A DNA stretch of 34,507 nt from a virus: UHGV virus genome UHGV-0132140; one strand, written 5' to 3'. The notes beneath the pieces are model-generated. The model did not search any database, was not told the origin of the DNA, and worked only from the letters and a program-made list of their open reading frames with translations. Made by a program: the position numbers and the translations under genes. Positions 1-9,361 of this stretch are shown in pieces (position 1 is the first letter of the stretch; each line of letters opens with the position of its first letter).

Positions 1-184
1 AACGCCGTCCGCACCGGACGAAAAGAAGAAAACAACTGACAAGAAGGCCGTGCGGGTCATTCGCACTCGCACCGAACTGGACGGAGGGCTGGTTCTCAGC
101 CTCTCCATGAAAACCGACACCCCGGAACTTCCCGCGCCCGTCGCGGAAGCTCTGTCCACCCTCAACCTCGTTGACATCAAATGA
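1..184 (+). CDS. C-terminal part of a junction-spanning Lys/Pro/Ala/Glu-rich tandem-repeat protein (continues from 34326..34507 if the sequence is circular)
   Basis: The reading frame is open from position 2 and ends at TGA 182-184. Bases 1-56 are identical to 34409-34464. Because the window length is 1 mod 3, the frame at the window end continues into this frame. Predicted C-terminus is ...KKAVRVIRTRTELDGGLVLSLSMKTDTPELPAPVAEALSTLNLVDIK. Confidence 0.5.
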   Translation, partial: TPSAPDEKKKTTDKKAVRVIRTRTELDGGLVLSLSMKTDTPELPAPVAEALSTLNLVDIK

Positions 185-378
185 GCAAAGCAACTGCAGC
201 CAACACCGAACCGGAGAAGAAGACGGAGCAGGCCGCCGTCATCAACACGAACATTCTCATTCTCGCCAAAGAAGTGAGGATAGGGCGCTCAACCTTCTTG
301 AAAGGGGCGCGCATCCGTGCTACAAAAGAACTCGCTGATAAACTGGAAGCCGACGGCAAGGCATCCATCATCTACTAA
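181..378 (+). CDS. hypothetical protein (65 aa)
   Basis: The ATG overlaps the upstream stop (ATGA). The ORF is co-oriented in the + strand late operon. Confidence 0.4.
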   Translation: MSKATAANTEPEKKTEQAAVINTNILILAKEVRIGRSTFLKGARIRATKELADKLEADGKASIIY

Positions 379-452
379 CCATTTCAAGCACCAGGTCAAC
401 CACATACGATCCCACATTCACGAACCGCAACGTCACGCCGCAGATTACCGGC

Positions 453-1043
453 GTGCTGGCGATTTTCCTCCCCGACGGCATCAAAGTGACCGAAGACGAG
501 GGAGCTTCTTACGTCACCGGACCGGACCAGTTTCCGACGCCTCCCACGGCTCCGCCCGCCGATCCGACAGCCGGGCCTGAACAGCCCTGGGTGAGTTTCG
601 GGCTTTTGGGGGCTTTCCAATCCGTTGCCACCCAGGTCGAAGGGGAAGTAACGCGCTTTTACGGCGGCGCGCTGGGATATCGCCAGCAGCGCAAGAACAC
701 GACGACCGGAAAGCGGATGACCTTCACCACGCCGGACATGTCTCCCGAATGGTTCCAGCTGTCTTTCGCCCTGGGAGCGCCTCCCGCTAATGGCGAGGAA
801 TCGACCACCGTCGGACATGGCGGCGACAACAAGATCGAAGGGTATCTTCATTTCTGGTACCAAAACGACGTCGGCACGATCTATCTGGTCGGAACGGCGC
901 ATGGCGCCTTGCGCCTGCTGCAGGACCCTGAGCACACCACGGCGATTGCTTCACCACAGTTCGAGTTCGAAATGGATTACCGCGGCAAGTACCAGTTCAC
1001 GCCCTCCAATGTGCAGGACGTGACGCCGACTCCGGGTTCCTGA
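453..1043 (+). CDS. hypothetical structural protein (196 aa from GTG 453; an in-frame AGG at 393-395 lies upstream)
   Basis: Long + strand ORF in the structural operon with a Pro-rich linker and a protein-like composition. There is no ATG; the first canonical start is GTG 453. A terminator-like hairpin follows the gene. Confidence 0.5.
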   Translation: MLAIFLPDGIKVTEDEGASYVTGPDQFPTPPTAPPADPTAGPEQPWVSFGLLGAFQSVATQVEGEVTRFYGGALGYRQQRKNTTTGKRMTFTTPDMSPEWFQLSFALGAPPANGEESTTVGHGGDNKIEGYLHFWYQNDVGTIYLVGTAHGALRLLQDPEHTTAIASPQFEFEMDYRGKYQFTPSNVQDVTPTPGS

Positions 1044-1055
1044 CGCGTTTCACCA

Positions 1056-1088
1056 GGGGGCGCGCTGCGCCCCCGCATCCTCTTTTTT
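1056..1088 (+). terminator. putative intrinsic terminator
   Basis: Perfect 8-bp GC stem GGGGGCGC-GCT-GCGCCCCC at 1056-1074. A T6 run follows at 1083-1088, which is 8 nt after the stem and so farther than ideal. Confidence 0.35.
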
Positions 1089-1157
1089 CCCAGGCAGCAG
1101 GCAGGCAAATACGATATCCGGACCGTCACGGGGCTGAACCAGTCGCTGGTCGTCCGT

Positions 1158-3116
1158 GTGGTAGATTTTCAGGGGGATCCCGTCGACATGAGCGGCGTCA
1201 CCCTCCGCGGCGCTGTCCGTCTCAAGACAGGCGTCGCCGAGTTCGGCTTTTCACGCGATGACGAGGGCAACGGCGTTATTTCCTGGGCTTCGGTTCCCGC
1301 GGGCATGTGGTCCTATGACGTTTTCATGGACGACGGCAGCGAGGAAAGCCCGCTCCTCTACGGACGCTTTGTTTCTTCGGGCCGGGTGACGCCGGACTTG
1401 CCGGACGAACAGCAGGCCGTGGCGGGCGCGGTCGTCGTGCAGCTGCCGGAAGGAAGCGGCTGCGTGCAGGTCATGCTTGACAACGCGTCCAGCGCCGCCT
1501 GGTACGCGGAGCAGGCCAAAAAGTACGCCGAGAATTTTAATCTGTCCGTGGGTCAGGTCACCACCGGGGAACCGGGGACGCCCGCCAACGCGGAAGCCGT
1601 CAAGGGGTCCGAAGTGGGATCCTATCTGCTCAATTTCACGATTCCCCGCGGGGATGTTGGTCCTCAGGGACCGTCAGGCCCGCAGGGTGAACGTGGAGAA
1701 ACCGGCCCCGAAGGGCCGCAAGGTCCACGCGGCGAAACCGGGGAACGCGGGCCGCAGGGCGAAACCGGGGAGCAGGGACCGAAGGGAGATACAGGACCGG
1801 CGGGGCCTCAAGGCCCGGAGGGCCCCCAGGGCCCGGAAGGTCCGGCAGGACCCCAGGGACTACAAGGGGAAAAGGGAGAGCCCGGGACGCTGACGTCCAA
1901 CGTCGGCGACGTCAACATCGGGGGAGCCCTGACCGCTGAATCGGCTACTATCAACGGGCCTCTGGTCGTCAACAACCCGGACGGAAGCGGAAGCGCCGGG
2001 ACCCTGAACCAGATTTACGGAATCACCCGGTTTTATCAGTCCGTTGATCTCCAATCGGGCGGCTGGCTGCGAGGGACATTCATGGTAGAATCCGGCATCC
2101 TGAATATTTCCCAGGGCGCCAGCTTCAACTGCGCGGGGGCGTCCACGTTTTCAAGCACCGTCAACGCCAATGGCGGCATCAACATTCCGCTTGCCGTGGG
2201 GGCAGTAACGGACACGACGGCGGTTAATCGCTTTTATACGTTAGGATTGGCCGGTGCTGTATCAGCGTTGGTTCAGCCTATATACCTTAATTCCAGTTCG
2301 ATCACAGTCGCGGGTTCCATTTCTAAATCTTCCAACGGTACTCTTGCCGGGTTGACGCAGCGTTTTTCGGTGGGCGCAGCTTCTGCCGGGTCCAATGCGT
2401 ACGGGTCAGCGGTTATTCCCCTGATAGGGCCTAACGGTCAATTTAATTACAGTTCCGTGTGCGGATTTTCCCTTGCGGTCAACGCGACAGCCTTCGCTAA
2501 ATTTACTTTTGGCATAGGCCGCGGCTCAAAAACCAACAGAACCGGGTTGACGATGGATTCTTATTCTATGATTCCGGGGAACGAGCTGGCCGTCAACCAT
2601 GGGGAAATCATCGATGTTACCATCAATACGCCTTACGATACTGTCCGCAAGGGGTATGAAATCAGAGTAAGGGAAATCTTTTATGTATCGTCCGTTGGAC
2701 ACTGGCAGGTGAAGACGACAACCGTATTTCTTCCGGTAGGCCATAATGAGCTGATGCCAAACGGGCTGAACAGGCTTATTTACATGCAGAGAGGGCTGCC
2801 GAGTACAGCAGTGCGGGAGGAAAAGGCGGCTCTTTATATGGAGCTGGGAGGCGGCAGTACCAATACCCTGTTCAAGATAGCTTCTCTCCGCGGCTTCATC
2901 GCTTTCGAGGCAGGAACAGGCGTAAGCACCCTGATTATCGACGCGCGCAATGAGAAAACATATGCCCTTTCAGCCGACGCGGGCACAGGCACCAGGCACC
3001 TTTATTCCAATGGATTGACCAATCCAACCTATCACGCATTGGAAGCAATGGCCATTAACGCCATTGAATCCGAGGAAACGGCGGATTTTGAAGATATTAA
3101 CGTACCTATAGAATGA
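1158..3116 (+). CDS. collagen-like repeat tail fibre protein
   Basis: 652-aa ORF with about 75 residues of uninterrupted Gly-X-Y triplets ([28 protein letters not shown]...). The C-terminal roughly 400 aa are Gly/Ser/Thr/Asn-rich and fibre-like. The start is uncertain: candidates are GTG 1158, ATG 1188, or the in-frame AGG at 1092. Confidence 0.75.
   Translation: MVDFQGDPVDMSGVTLRGAVRLKTGVAEFGFSRDDEGNGVISWASVPAGMWSYDVFMDDGSEESPLLYGRFVSSGRVTPDLPDEQQAVAGAVVVQLPEGSGCVQVMLDNASSAAWYAEQAKKYAENFNLSVGQVTTGEPGTPANAEAVKGSEVGSYLLNFTIPRGDVGPQGPSGPQGERGETGPEGPQGPRGETGERGPQGETGEQGPKGDTGPAGPQGPEGPQGPEGPAGPQGLQGEKGEPGTLTSNVGDVNIGGALTAESATINGPLVVNNPDGSGSAGTLNQIYGITRFYQSVDLQSGGWLRGTFMVESGILNISQGASFNCAGASTFSSTVNANGGINIPLAVGAVTDTTAVNRFYTLGLAGAVSALVQPIYLNSSSITVAGSISKSSNGTLAGLTQRFSVGAASAGSNAYGSAVIPLIGPNGQFNYSSVCGFSLAVNATAFAKFTFGIGRGSKTNRTGLTMDSYSMIPGNELAVNHGEIIDVTINTPYDTVRKGYEIRVREIFYVSSVGHWQVKTTTVFLPVGHNELMPNGLNRLIYMQRGLPSTAVREEKAALYMELGGGSTNTLFKIASLRGFIAFEAGTGVSTLIIDARNEKTYALSADAGTGTRHLYSNGLTNPTYHALEAMAINAIESEETADFEDINVPIE
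1658..1884 (+). repeat. collagen-like Gly-X-Y coding repeat tract
   Basis: ggN-ccN-caN triplet periodicity is visible in the DNA, with the corresponding GXY repeats in the translation. Confidence 0.9.
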
Positions 3117-3514
3117 ACAACGCAGAAATACAAATTCAGTTTCCGCAGCCCGGCGAATGGCAGGAGTTCACCCTGATGCCCATTTATCAGGACAAGGGCG
3201 GTTATAGACCTCCGGCGCGCTATACGCAGGACGAAATTCCAGCGGATCAGGCCCTGGCCATGGAGGCCGTAGTTGCCGCGCTGGTGGGCATGGGTGAGGA
3301 CTGGCAGGCGGTGCAGGTGTGGGCGCGGCTGAAAGAGTTTTACGCTCCGGAGGAGGATGACCCCATGCGGACGGCGGAAACCGTAGATTTGACCGTTGAG
3401 GCCGTCAATCCGCAGGGCGGGCGCAGGATTTTTACAGCCTCGGACTACCCGGCTTTTATCATCACGGAACCCGCCGCCGTGGCGTTTTTCATGTTTTTCA
3501 CTACTAACCAATAA
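3113..3514 (+). CDS. hypothetical protein (133 aa), possibly a fibre-associated or assembly protein
   Basis: ATGA overlap with the fibre gene stop and an acidic protein-like composition. Confidence 0.45.
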   Translation: MNNAEIQIQFPQPGEWQEFTLMPIYQDKGGYRPPARYTQDEIPADQALAMEAVVAALVGMGEDWQAVQVWARLKEFYAPEEDDPMRTAETVDLTVEAVNPQGGRRIFTASDYPAFIITEPAAVAFFMFFTTNQ

Positions 3515-3522
3515 CAAAGACA

Positions 3523-3975
3523 ATGACTAAAGATAATCAATGCAATCATTCCGAGGCGATAGCCAAGGATATGTATTATGCCTTCCTGGAAAACCAGAAG
3601 GAGGGCACGAATTGGGAAGGGCTTCCCGACGATGATAAAGCCGGATGGCGGAATGTCGAAGAACAGGCCCTCCCTATTATCGCAAAGCATGCTGCCAATG
3701 ACATCCGGGTGTATTTGGACCTTAAAGCATCCGTAGCTACCGGCTGGAAAAAATGGCTCTATTGGGCCGGGGTCGGCATTGTTGGCGCCATCCTTGGCGG
3801 TTTGGGAATGTCCCTCTCCGGCTGCGGTCATTCCGTGGACGTGACGCCGGAAAAGACGGTGGTCTGCAAGGACGGATCCTGCCTGGTGCTGGAACCGGGA
3901 CATATCTCCTACAGTCAGGCCCAGCCTGTTACGGATGTTCCGCCCGTCGTGCAGGTCATCCCCTCCAAGAAATAA
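3523..3975 (+). CDS. membrane protein, possible holin-like lysis protein
   Basis: 150 aa with one central TM segment (WLYWAGVGIVGAILGGLGMSL). It sits directly upstream of the spanin-like gene and the amidase. Confidence 0.45.
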   Translation: MTKDNQCNHSEAIAKDMYYAFLENQKEGTNWEGLPDDDKAGWRNVEEQALPIIAKHAANDIRVYLDLKASVATGWKKWLYWAGVGIVGAILGGLGMSLSGCGHSVDVTPEKTVVCKDGSCLVLEPGHISYSQAQPVTDVPPVVQVIPSKK

Positions 3976-3979
3976 GGTC

Positions 3980-4231
3980 ATGTGTAAGCTCTCCGAAGTA
4001 CCGGCGCGGTTCTTGGATTTTGCCAAGGCTTCACCCGTGTTTGCCTGCGTCATGCTATCACTGGTTATTTGCGGCGCTGCCTGCTGGTACATCGGGGACG
4101 TCATGGGTCACCACAATGACCGGCTTTGCGACCTCATGACCATGCAGACACAAGCCCAGGTGGAGACCGCCAAGGCGATCCAACTGCTTGCCGTCCGAAT
4201 CGAAAACATAGAAAGGAAACTGGAAAAGTGA
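3980..4231 (+). CDS. N-terminal TM plus C-terminal coiled-coil protein (i-spanin/Rz-like architecture)
   Basis: From ATG 3980 (MCKLSEV...): a TM segment PVFACVMLSLVICGAACWYIG followed by a heptad-like QTQAQVETAKAIQLLAVRIENIERKLEK tail. Position is within the lysis cassette. Confidence 0.45.
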   Translation: MCKLSEVPARFLDFAKASPVFACVMLSLVICGAACWYIGDVMGHHNDRLCDLMTMQTQAQVETAKAIQLLAVRIENIERKLEK

Positions 4232-4441
4232 ATAAGCTTCTGAATCCTTCCGTTCTTTTGCCGCTGATGGGGGGCAGCGGCCCGGCGTTTTTGCCGCCTG
4301 CGGAGACACGGCTGCAGGCATTGCTGTGTTCTGTTTCCCCATTGCGGCCCTTGTGTTCCTCCGATGTGCGGAACGCTGACCAACTGTAAAGTTTTTCTTA
4401 CCAGTTCAATCATATTAACAATCAACCATTAAAGGAGAATA

Positions 4442-5026
4442 ATCAGGAAAATAGCTATTGATATAGGCCACGCCAATAACACCGGAGCCCACGGGAACGG
4501 GCTTGAAGAACACGCCGTCGCGGCGACGATCGCGGAACGCCTCGCCCCCATGCTGGAACGGCTGGGAACCCGGGTGGACGTGATCGACTTCCCGAAGATG
4601 ACCAATTCCCAGGACTTGAACGCCACAGTCAAGGCCGCCAACGAAGGCGGCTATGACTTCGGCATTTCCCTGCATTGCGACAGCGCGAGCACCGAAAAAA
4701 CGGTTGAAACAGACGAAGGAAAGGAACTCATTTACGTTCCAAATCCTGCTCCGCATGGCGCCCATGTATGTTTCTACCCGGGAAGCGTTAAAGGAAGCCG
4801 GCTTGCCATATGCATCGCGGAACCTCTTTCCCGGTTGCTGCCCGGACGGGCCAACACCGTGCAGTCGCGCCCGGGCCTCGCCGTCCTGAAAAAGACCCGC
4901 TGCCCGTGGGTGCTGTGCGAATGCGGCTTCATCACCAATCCTGAAAACGCCTCTATTTTGAAGGACCATCCCGGCCGCATTGCCGAAGCCATTGCGGAAG
5001 GGGTGAAGGACTATATCAACCAGTAA
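4442..5026 (+). CDS. N-acetylmuramoyl-L-alanine amidase (Amidase_3 family) endolysin
   Basis: Translation KIAIDIGHANNTGAHGNGLEEHAVAATIAERLAPMLERLGTRVDVIDFP...GISLHCDS...WVLCECGFITNPENASIL matches the Amidase_3 N-terminus and Zn-ligand layout. The conserved N-terminus lies upstream of the first ATG/GTG (4550). The only candidate starts are AGG 4433 or 4445, or ATA/ATC 4439-4444, which follow SD AAAGGAGAA at 4431-4439. Confidence 0.85.
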   Translation: MRKIAIDIGHANNTGAHGNGLEEHAVAATIAERLAPMLERLGTRVDVIDFPKMTNSQDLNATVKAANEGGYDFGISLHCDSASTEKTVETDEGKELIYVPNPAPHGAHVCFYPGSVKGSRLAICIAEPLSRLLPGRANTVQSRPGLAVLKKTRCPWVLCECGFITNPENASILKDHPGRIAEAIAEGVKDYINQ

Positions 5027-5032
5027 CCGCCC

Positions 5033-6544
5033 ATGACTTACCAGGCACCCTACGCGGCGCGCTACGTTTCCGCCGCCGGCAACCAGATCCAGCTGCTCAA
5101 CCTCTGGGACGATACGCCGGAGCCTCCACGTTTCGGCGGATCCATGGAGGCATTTGAAACGTCGCTGGTAGACGGTCCCCGGGCGTTCGCGCAGGGGCTG
5201 GGAAGCGCCGTGGAGCAGCGCACCATCGCGTTTTACCGCTGGTTCACGGATTATCAGGACATGGCTTCCTGGCAGGAGAATCTTGCCCTGTGGCTGGCCA
5301 GCAACCAGAACGGCTATCTGTACCTGCAGTTCTCCGACCAGCCGCAATGGCGTTTTGCCGCCGTCATCACCGGCTACCAGTTTGAGACGGAGAACTTTGT
5401 TCCTCCGCCGTCTCCCGAAGACGGCTATCTGTGCCTGCTGGTCACACTGACCATGACGGTCACCGACCGGACCCCGGACAATTCCAACTGGATATTCAGC
5501 GTGACGCCCTCTTCTTTCGACGTACCCGTCAAGGGAGGCGAATACACCATTAATGTGGAATCGTCGTTCAGCCCTGGACCGGTAGGGCAGGGTTGGCAGA
5601 TTGCCGACGTTTCCGAAGGATTAACCGTTTCCGATATCGTCAACGGCAACAACGGGACATTCAAGGTTATCGTCGCGGCCAATGAAGGAGACCAGGACAG
5701 GACCATGTCGCTCCAGGTCATTCAGGACGGAACAGGACAGGCTGTTGAGGTTGAATTTCGTCAGCTTCAACCCTCTTACTCATTCAGCCTTGCTCCAACC
5801 CAGGTACAGGTTCCCGTTATTGGCGGAAGCTACCAGGTCCAGGTGACTTCCTATTATGACCCGGGAGCAGTCAGCGTTGACTGGACGCCCAATTCTCCCA
5901 GCTCTTCCGTTGTCATCTCCGATATCACGAACGGAAATAACGGGTCCTTCACGTTAACCGCGGCGCCCAATGAAGGAGCGGCCGGCTCCGTCGTCGTTTC
6001 CGTGACACAGGCGGATTCCGGCTTAAGACAGACAATCCGCGTATTGAGGGCAGGACTGGTCACCCGAAATCATCAGCTTCCCCCGCCCGGAGGGGAATAC
6101 TCGGATAATCCGATGAGTTATTCCTCATGGAGGTTTATTCCCTCGGACGTTTATCCGGACTTCCCGGAAGGCAACCCCGAAGGAAAGGGACTGACGCTTC
6201 AGGAAATCATCACGACGAAACCCACCAGCGCCAATTCCGGCACGTTAACGCTTTACCGGGTGGAAAACGGGTCTGCCTCTCTTCTAGCGACCAGCAGCGA
6301 GGCGGTTTCCACGCCGGGCGGGAACGTGAAATGGACGTTTTCGCCCGGCGTGGAAATCCGTTCGGACTGGCAGCTGGTCGTGGAAAACCAGAACGGCATT
6401 TATGAGCAGCATGTGATGCTGTCCAATCCGCAGGCGTTTGACGGTCTCGGAAATGAGTCCTATCCCGCGGCAGCCACGGCGCCCGGACGTACGTTCGGAT
6501 TATCCCTCGTCATCCGCTACACTTCCACCGAATACCCATCTTAA
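5033..6544 (+). CDS. probable major tail protein carrying two BACON/Ig-like domains
   Basis: 503 aa with two internal roughly 90-aa repeats: (GG.YT..V.S...W...VS.GLTVSDIVNGNNGTFKVIVAANEG...) and (GGSYQVQVTS...VISDITNGNNGSFTLTAAPNEG...). Both fit the BACON-domain pattern. The gene lies just upstream of a small gene and the tape-measure gene, which is the canonical major tail protein position. Confidence 0.65.
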   Translation: MTYQAPYAARYVSAAGNQIQLLNLWDDTPEPPRFGGSMEAFETSLVDGPRAFAQGLGSAVEQRTIAFYRWFTDYQDMASWQENLALWLASNQNGYLYLQFSDQPQWRFAAVITGYQFETENFVPPPSPEDGYLCLLVTLTMTVTDRTPDNSNWIFSVTPSSFDVPVKGGEYTINVESSFSPGPVGQGWQIADVSEGLTVSDIVNGNNGTFKVIVAANEGDQDRTMSLQVIQDGTGQAVEVEFRQLQPSYSFSLAPTQVQVPVIGGSYQVQVTSYYDPGAVSVDWTPNSPSSSVVISDITNGNNGSFTLTAAPNEGAAGSVVVSVTQADSGLRQTIRVLRAGLVTRNHQLPPPGGEYSDNPMSYSSWRFIPSDVYPDFPEGNPEGKGLTLQEIITTKPTSANSGTLTLYRVENGSASLLATSSEAVSTPGGNVKWTFSPGVEIRSDWQLVVENQNGIYEQHVMLSNPQAFDGLGNESYPAAATAPGRTFGLSLVIRYTSTEYPS

Positions 6545-6558
6545 CAGAATAATCCATC

Positions 6559-6840
6559 ATGAACAAACAACAACAAAACGGAATAGAACGGCTTTTCATC
6601 GAATTTGCCGAAGAGTGCGGCAAGAACCCGAACCTGAACCAGGCGGTGCAGGAATTGAAGGAAAGCGTCTTTACTGCCTCTCAAGCCGCCGGCGTTGATC
6701 CCTCCCATGCCTTCGGCGTCATCATCCGGGATATGATGCTCCTGGAATCCTTGCAGAAACGCGTGGAAGAATCCCGCAACGCCCTCACCGCCGGGAAACT
6801 GCCCGCTTTCGTCATCGAAGAAGCCCGCGAACAACGATAA
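6559..6840 (+). CDS. hypothetical protein (93 aa), in the position of a tail assembly chaperone
   Basis: Small acidic ORF between the putative major tail protein and the tape-measure gene, with an ATG start. Confidence 0.45.
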   Translation: MNKQQQNGIERLFIEFAEECGKNPNLNQAVQELKESVFTASQAAGVDPSHAFGVIIRDMMLLESLQKRVEESRNALTAGKLPAFVIEEAREQR

Positions 6841-6858
6841 CCCTCCATCTTTACCACC

Positions 6859-8838
6859 ATGGCCACCAAGAAAGAAATTGAAATCAAACTCAAGTCCACG
6901 CTGGACGGAAAAGGCGTGGAAGAAGCCAAACAGCAGATCGACGCGCTGAACAAGTCGACGGAACAACTTGATAAGGGGAGCCAGCAGGCAACCCGGAGCG
7001 TGAAGAACATGGGACAGGGGTTGCTGCAAGTCGCCTATTTCATGGACGACGTGCAGTACGGCATCAAGGGCATCCTGAACAACATTCCCGGGCTGGTGAT
7101 AGGATTCGGAGGCGGCGCAGGTCTGGCCGGCGCGATGTCGCTTGCCGTTCTCGCCGGAGCGAAGCTTTACGAATGGATGGGGAACACGGAAGCGAAATCC
7201 AAAGAGCTTGCTAAGGCGATTGAACAACAAAATGAAGCCATTGCGAAATCGCAGGAAGTAATAGCCTCCTTCAACAATGAAGAAACGTTGCAGAAATCCA
7301 ATGATTTTACAGAAAAAATAGCCGGCAACCGGAAAGCAGAAGCCCAGGCCCTGAAAGAATCTGTACGGGATCAGCAGCGTTTGCTGGACCTTCAATCAAA
7401 GGTATTGGACAATCAGGATCAGGCCGATTTGTTGAAACTGGAAACTGATTACTATAGCGGGGCGTTTGGCGATCCTGAAAATTTTTCCACGCGTTTGTTC
7501 TTTGAAGGAAAACAGGAAGATATCAGACTTCGAGCCCGTGCACGGCATCGGCAAGAACAGGAGAATAGCGCAAGGATGAATGTTTCCATCGCGGAAAGTG
7601 ATTTGTCATCAAAGACCGAAACAACCAACAGGCTTAGCGAACGTTTAGGAGGATTGGAGGACCAGAATATTTTATCCTACCAGGAACGTGAAAAGCTCAA
7701 TGGAGAAATCCTTAATGCTGAAAAACAAATATTTGATAACTTGCTTTCTATTGCTAAAACGACCAGAAACGCGGCAGAAAGAACAGGAAATTTTAAGGGG
7801 TTTGGAAGAATATCAGAAACTGATATCCAAGATTGGGTTAAACAGTTAATTGATAATGGAGGGGATACAAGTGCTTTAAAAAATACATTTTTCCAAGGAG
7901 TTAGTGCTCATAACTCTAGTGTCTTTAGAACAGCTCCGAAATTTATGGAAGACGTTCTCGCTTTGGGAAATGGTAGGGCACAGTTAGATCGACTGAACGC
8001 TTTAAGAGCTCAAAGGGCCGCTTCTGATAATGCTCTTGTCGATGCAGGATATGACGTCAGCACGGATGATGCGCGCGCCGAAGCCTATAAAAACAGAGAT
8101 AAAGCGGTAGAGGAAGCAAAGGAAGCTCTTAAAAATGCGATAGAAGATCAGACGAAAGCGGAGGAATCTTTAACCACAAGCACGCAAAAACTTGAGGAAG
8201 TTCGAAAGATAAATGCTTCTGAAAAAATCATTGATGAAGCGCAGCGGGAAAGGAATGAAGCGCTGGAACAACACAAGAGAATTGTTCAGGCGCAGAAGGA
8301 GTATGAAAATGCCATCAAGGCCCAGATAAGAGAGAAGGAAGATGAGGTCCGGGACTTGAAAAAGGAAATAACCCAGAGAAAATCAGGCGCGAAAACCCAA
8401 CAGGAGAGACGGGATAATGTGATTGAAAATATCAACCTGGCCGGGTTCAGCAAATCCCTGACTGACGCCTTATCGAGCCCTGACAGGGCGATCAGCGGCA
8501 GAGCTCGGGAGCGAAAAGCCAATATCAATGAAGCTTACGGGGCTGTCGTCAGGTACATCAAAGACGCCTTTAAGGACAATAAAGTCACGGAGAATGAAAT
8601 GGAAGTTCTCTCTAAAAAGTTAATGCAGGAACTGTCGTCAAGAGGCGAGAATACTACCTATAAACAAACGCTTGATTTAATAAAACGGCTCGTCGCCCTG
8701 GTGGAGAAAGGGACGTCCAACGGAAAGGGAGATCAGGCTGAAATTAAATCCTTGGAATCACGAGTCCAACGGCTGGAAAAAGAGGCGCAGGCACAGAAAA
8801 AAGGACTCAATATGATAGGGAACTGGTTCGTATCTTGA
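6859..8838 (+). CDS. tail tape measure-like protein
   Basis: 659 aa with an N-terminal Gly-rich hydrophobic segment (NIPGLVIGFGGGAGLAGAMSLAVLAGA) followed by a long K/E/Q-rich coiled-coil region. Position is before the tail-tip gene. Confidence 0.7.
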   Translation: MATKKEIEIKLKSTLDGKGVEEAKQQIDALNKSTEQLDKGSQQATRSVKNMGQGLLQVAYFMDDVQYGIKGILNNIPGLVIGFGGGAGLAGAMSLAVLAGAKLYEWMGNTEAKSKELAKAIEQQNEAIAKSQEVIASFNNEETLQKSNDFTEKIAGNRKAEAQALKESVRDQQRLLDLQSKVLDNQDQADLLKLETDYYSGAFGDPENFSTRLFFEGKQEDIRLRARARHRQEQENSARMNVSIAESDLSSKTETTNRLSERLGGLEDQNILSYQEREKLNGEILNAEKQIFDNLLSIAKTTRNAAERTGNFKGFGRISETDIQDWVKQLIDNGGDTSALKNTFFQGVSAHNSSVFRTAPKFMEDVLALGNGRAQLDRLNALRAQRAASDNALVDAGYDVSTDDARAEAYKNRDKAVEEAKEALKNAIEDQTKAEESLTTSTQKLEEVRKINASEKIIDEAQRERNEALEQHKRIVQAQKEYENAIKAQIREKEDEVRDLKKEITQRKSGAKTQQERRDNVIENINLAGFSKSLTDALSSPDRAISGRARERKANINEAYGAVVRYIKDAFKDNKVTENEMEVLSKKLMQELSSRGENTTYKQTLDLIKRLVALVEKGTSNGKGDQAEIKSLESRVQRLEKEAQAQKKGLNMIGNWFVS

Positions 8839-8872
8839 CATTTTTGGGAACGGAACGTATCAGAAGGAGGCT

Positions 8873-9310
8873 ATGTATTATTTCTACACAACCGATGGAC
8901 AAATGGAAGGTCCGGTTTCGATGGAGGTTCTGGAAGATTATTACAACCAAAAAAAGATCACTGCGACGACCACAGTCTTCCAAGAAGGTGAACAAGAGGG
9001 GGAAGAATTTGCGGTAGTCCGCTTCCGTTATCGTCTCCTTCATAATGCGAAATCAAAGGCATCAAGTAATCAAACGCCTTCATCTACAACCCTTATAGGT
9101 TATTATTTCCCTATGGTGGGGGGATTTATCGCGGTTGCCGGAATCATTGGATTTGGTATTGCCCTAGATGAAGAAATGGTAGGCATAGGCGTAGCATGTC
9201 TTTTATCCGGCTTCTTTTCATTGATGTTTTTCCTGTGGATGGGAAAAATTTACGACAGAATTGCGGAATGCGCTCTCTTGTTAAAAAATATGCAGAATAA
9301 CAATAAATAG
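8873..9310 (+). CDS. DUF4339/GYF-like domain protein with two C-terminal TM helices (moron candidate)
   Basis: The N-terminus MYYFYTTDGQMEGPVSMEVLEDYY fits the (W)YY..dGq..GP.s..eL motif. Two hydrophobic helices follow. SD AGGAGG precedes the ATG. The gene is AT-rich relative to its neighbours. Confidence 0.55.
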   Translation: MYYFYTTDGQMEGPVSMEVLEDYYNQKKITATTTVFQEGEQEGEEFAVVRFRYRLLHNAKSKASSNQTPSSTTLIGYYFPMVGGFIAVAGIIGFGIALDEEMVGIGVACLLSGFFSLMFFLWMGKIYDRIAECALLLKNMQNNNK

Positions 9311-9361
9311 AACCCTAACCATTTTACAAGCAGCAGGAACCACGAAATCACCATCAATGAC

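Noticed and set aside
396-935. Long minus-strand ORFs (396..935, 3445..4104, 4415..5347, 6541..7395, 9557..10102, 10121..10867, 10952..11506, 11665..12240, 18294..18932, 18862..19878, 25630..26196, 27829..28365, 29366..30139, 30501..31112, 32461..33084, 33138..33638)
   Set aside because: All are antisense to + strand genes with recognisable domains or consistent operon structure. Their translations are Arg/Gly/Pro-rich with low complexity, which is typical of spurious ORFs on the opposite strand of GC-rich coding DNA.
1477-1893. Plus-strand ORF in an alternative frame through the collagen repeat (RP-rich, 138 aa)
   Set aside because: It is the out-of-frame reading of the GXY tract; the 652-aa frame is the coherent one.
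4228-4389. Small ORF (GTG 4228) as an o-spanin partner of the Rz-like gene
   Set aside because: It has no convincing signal peptide or lipobox; the idea is kept only as a low-probability possibility.
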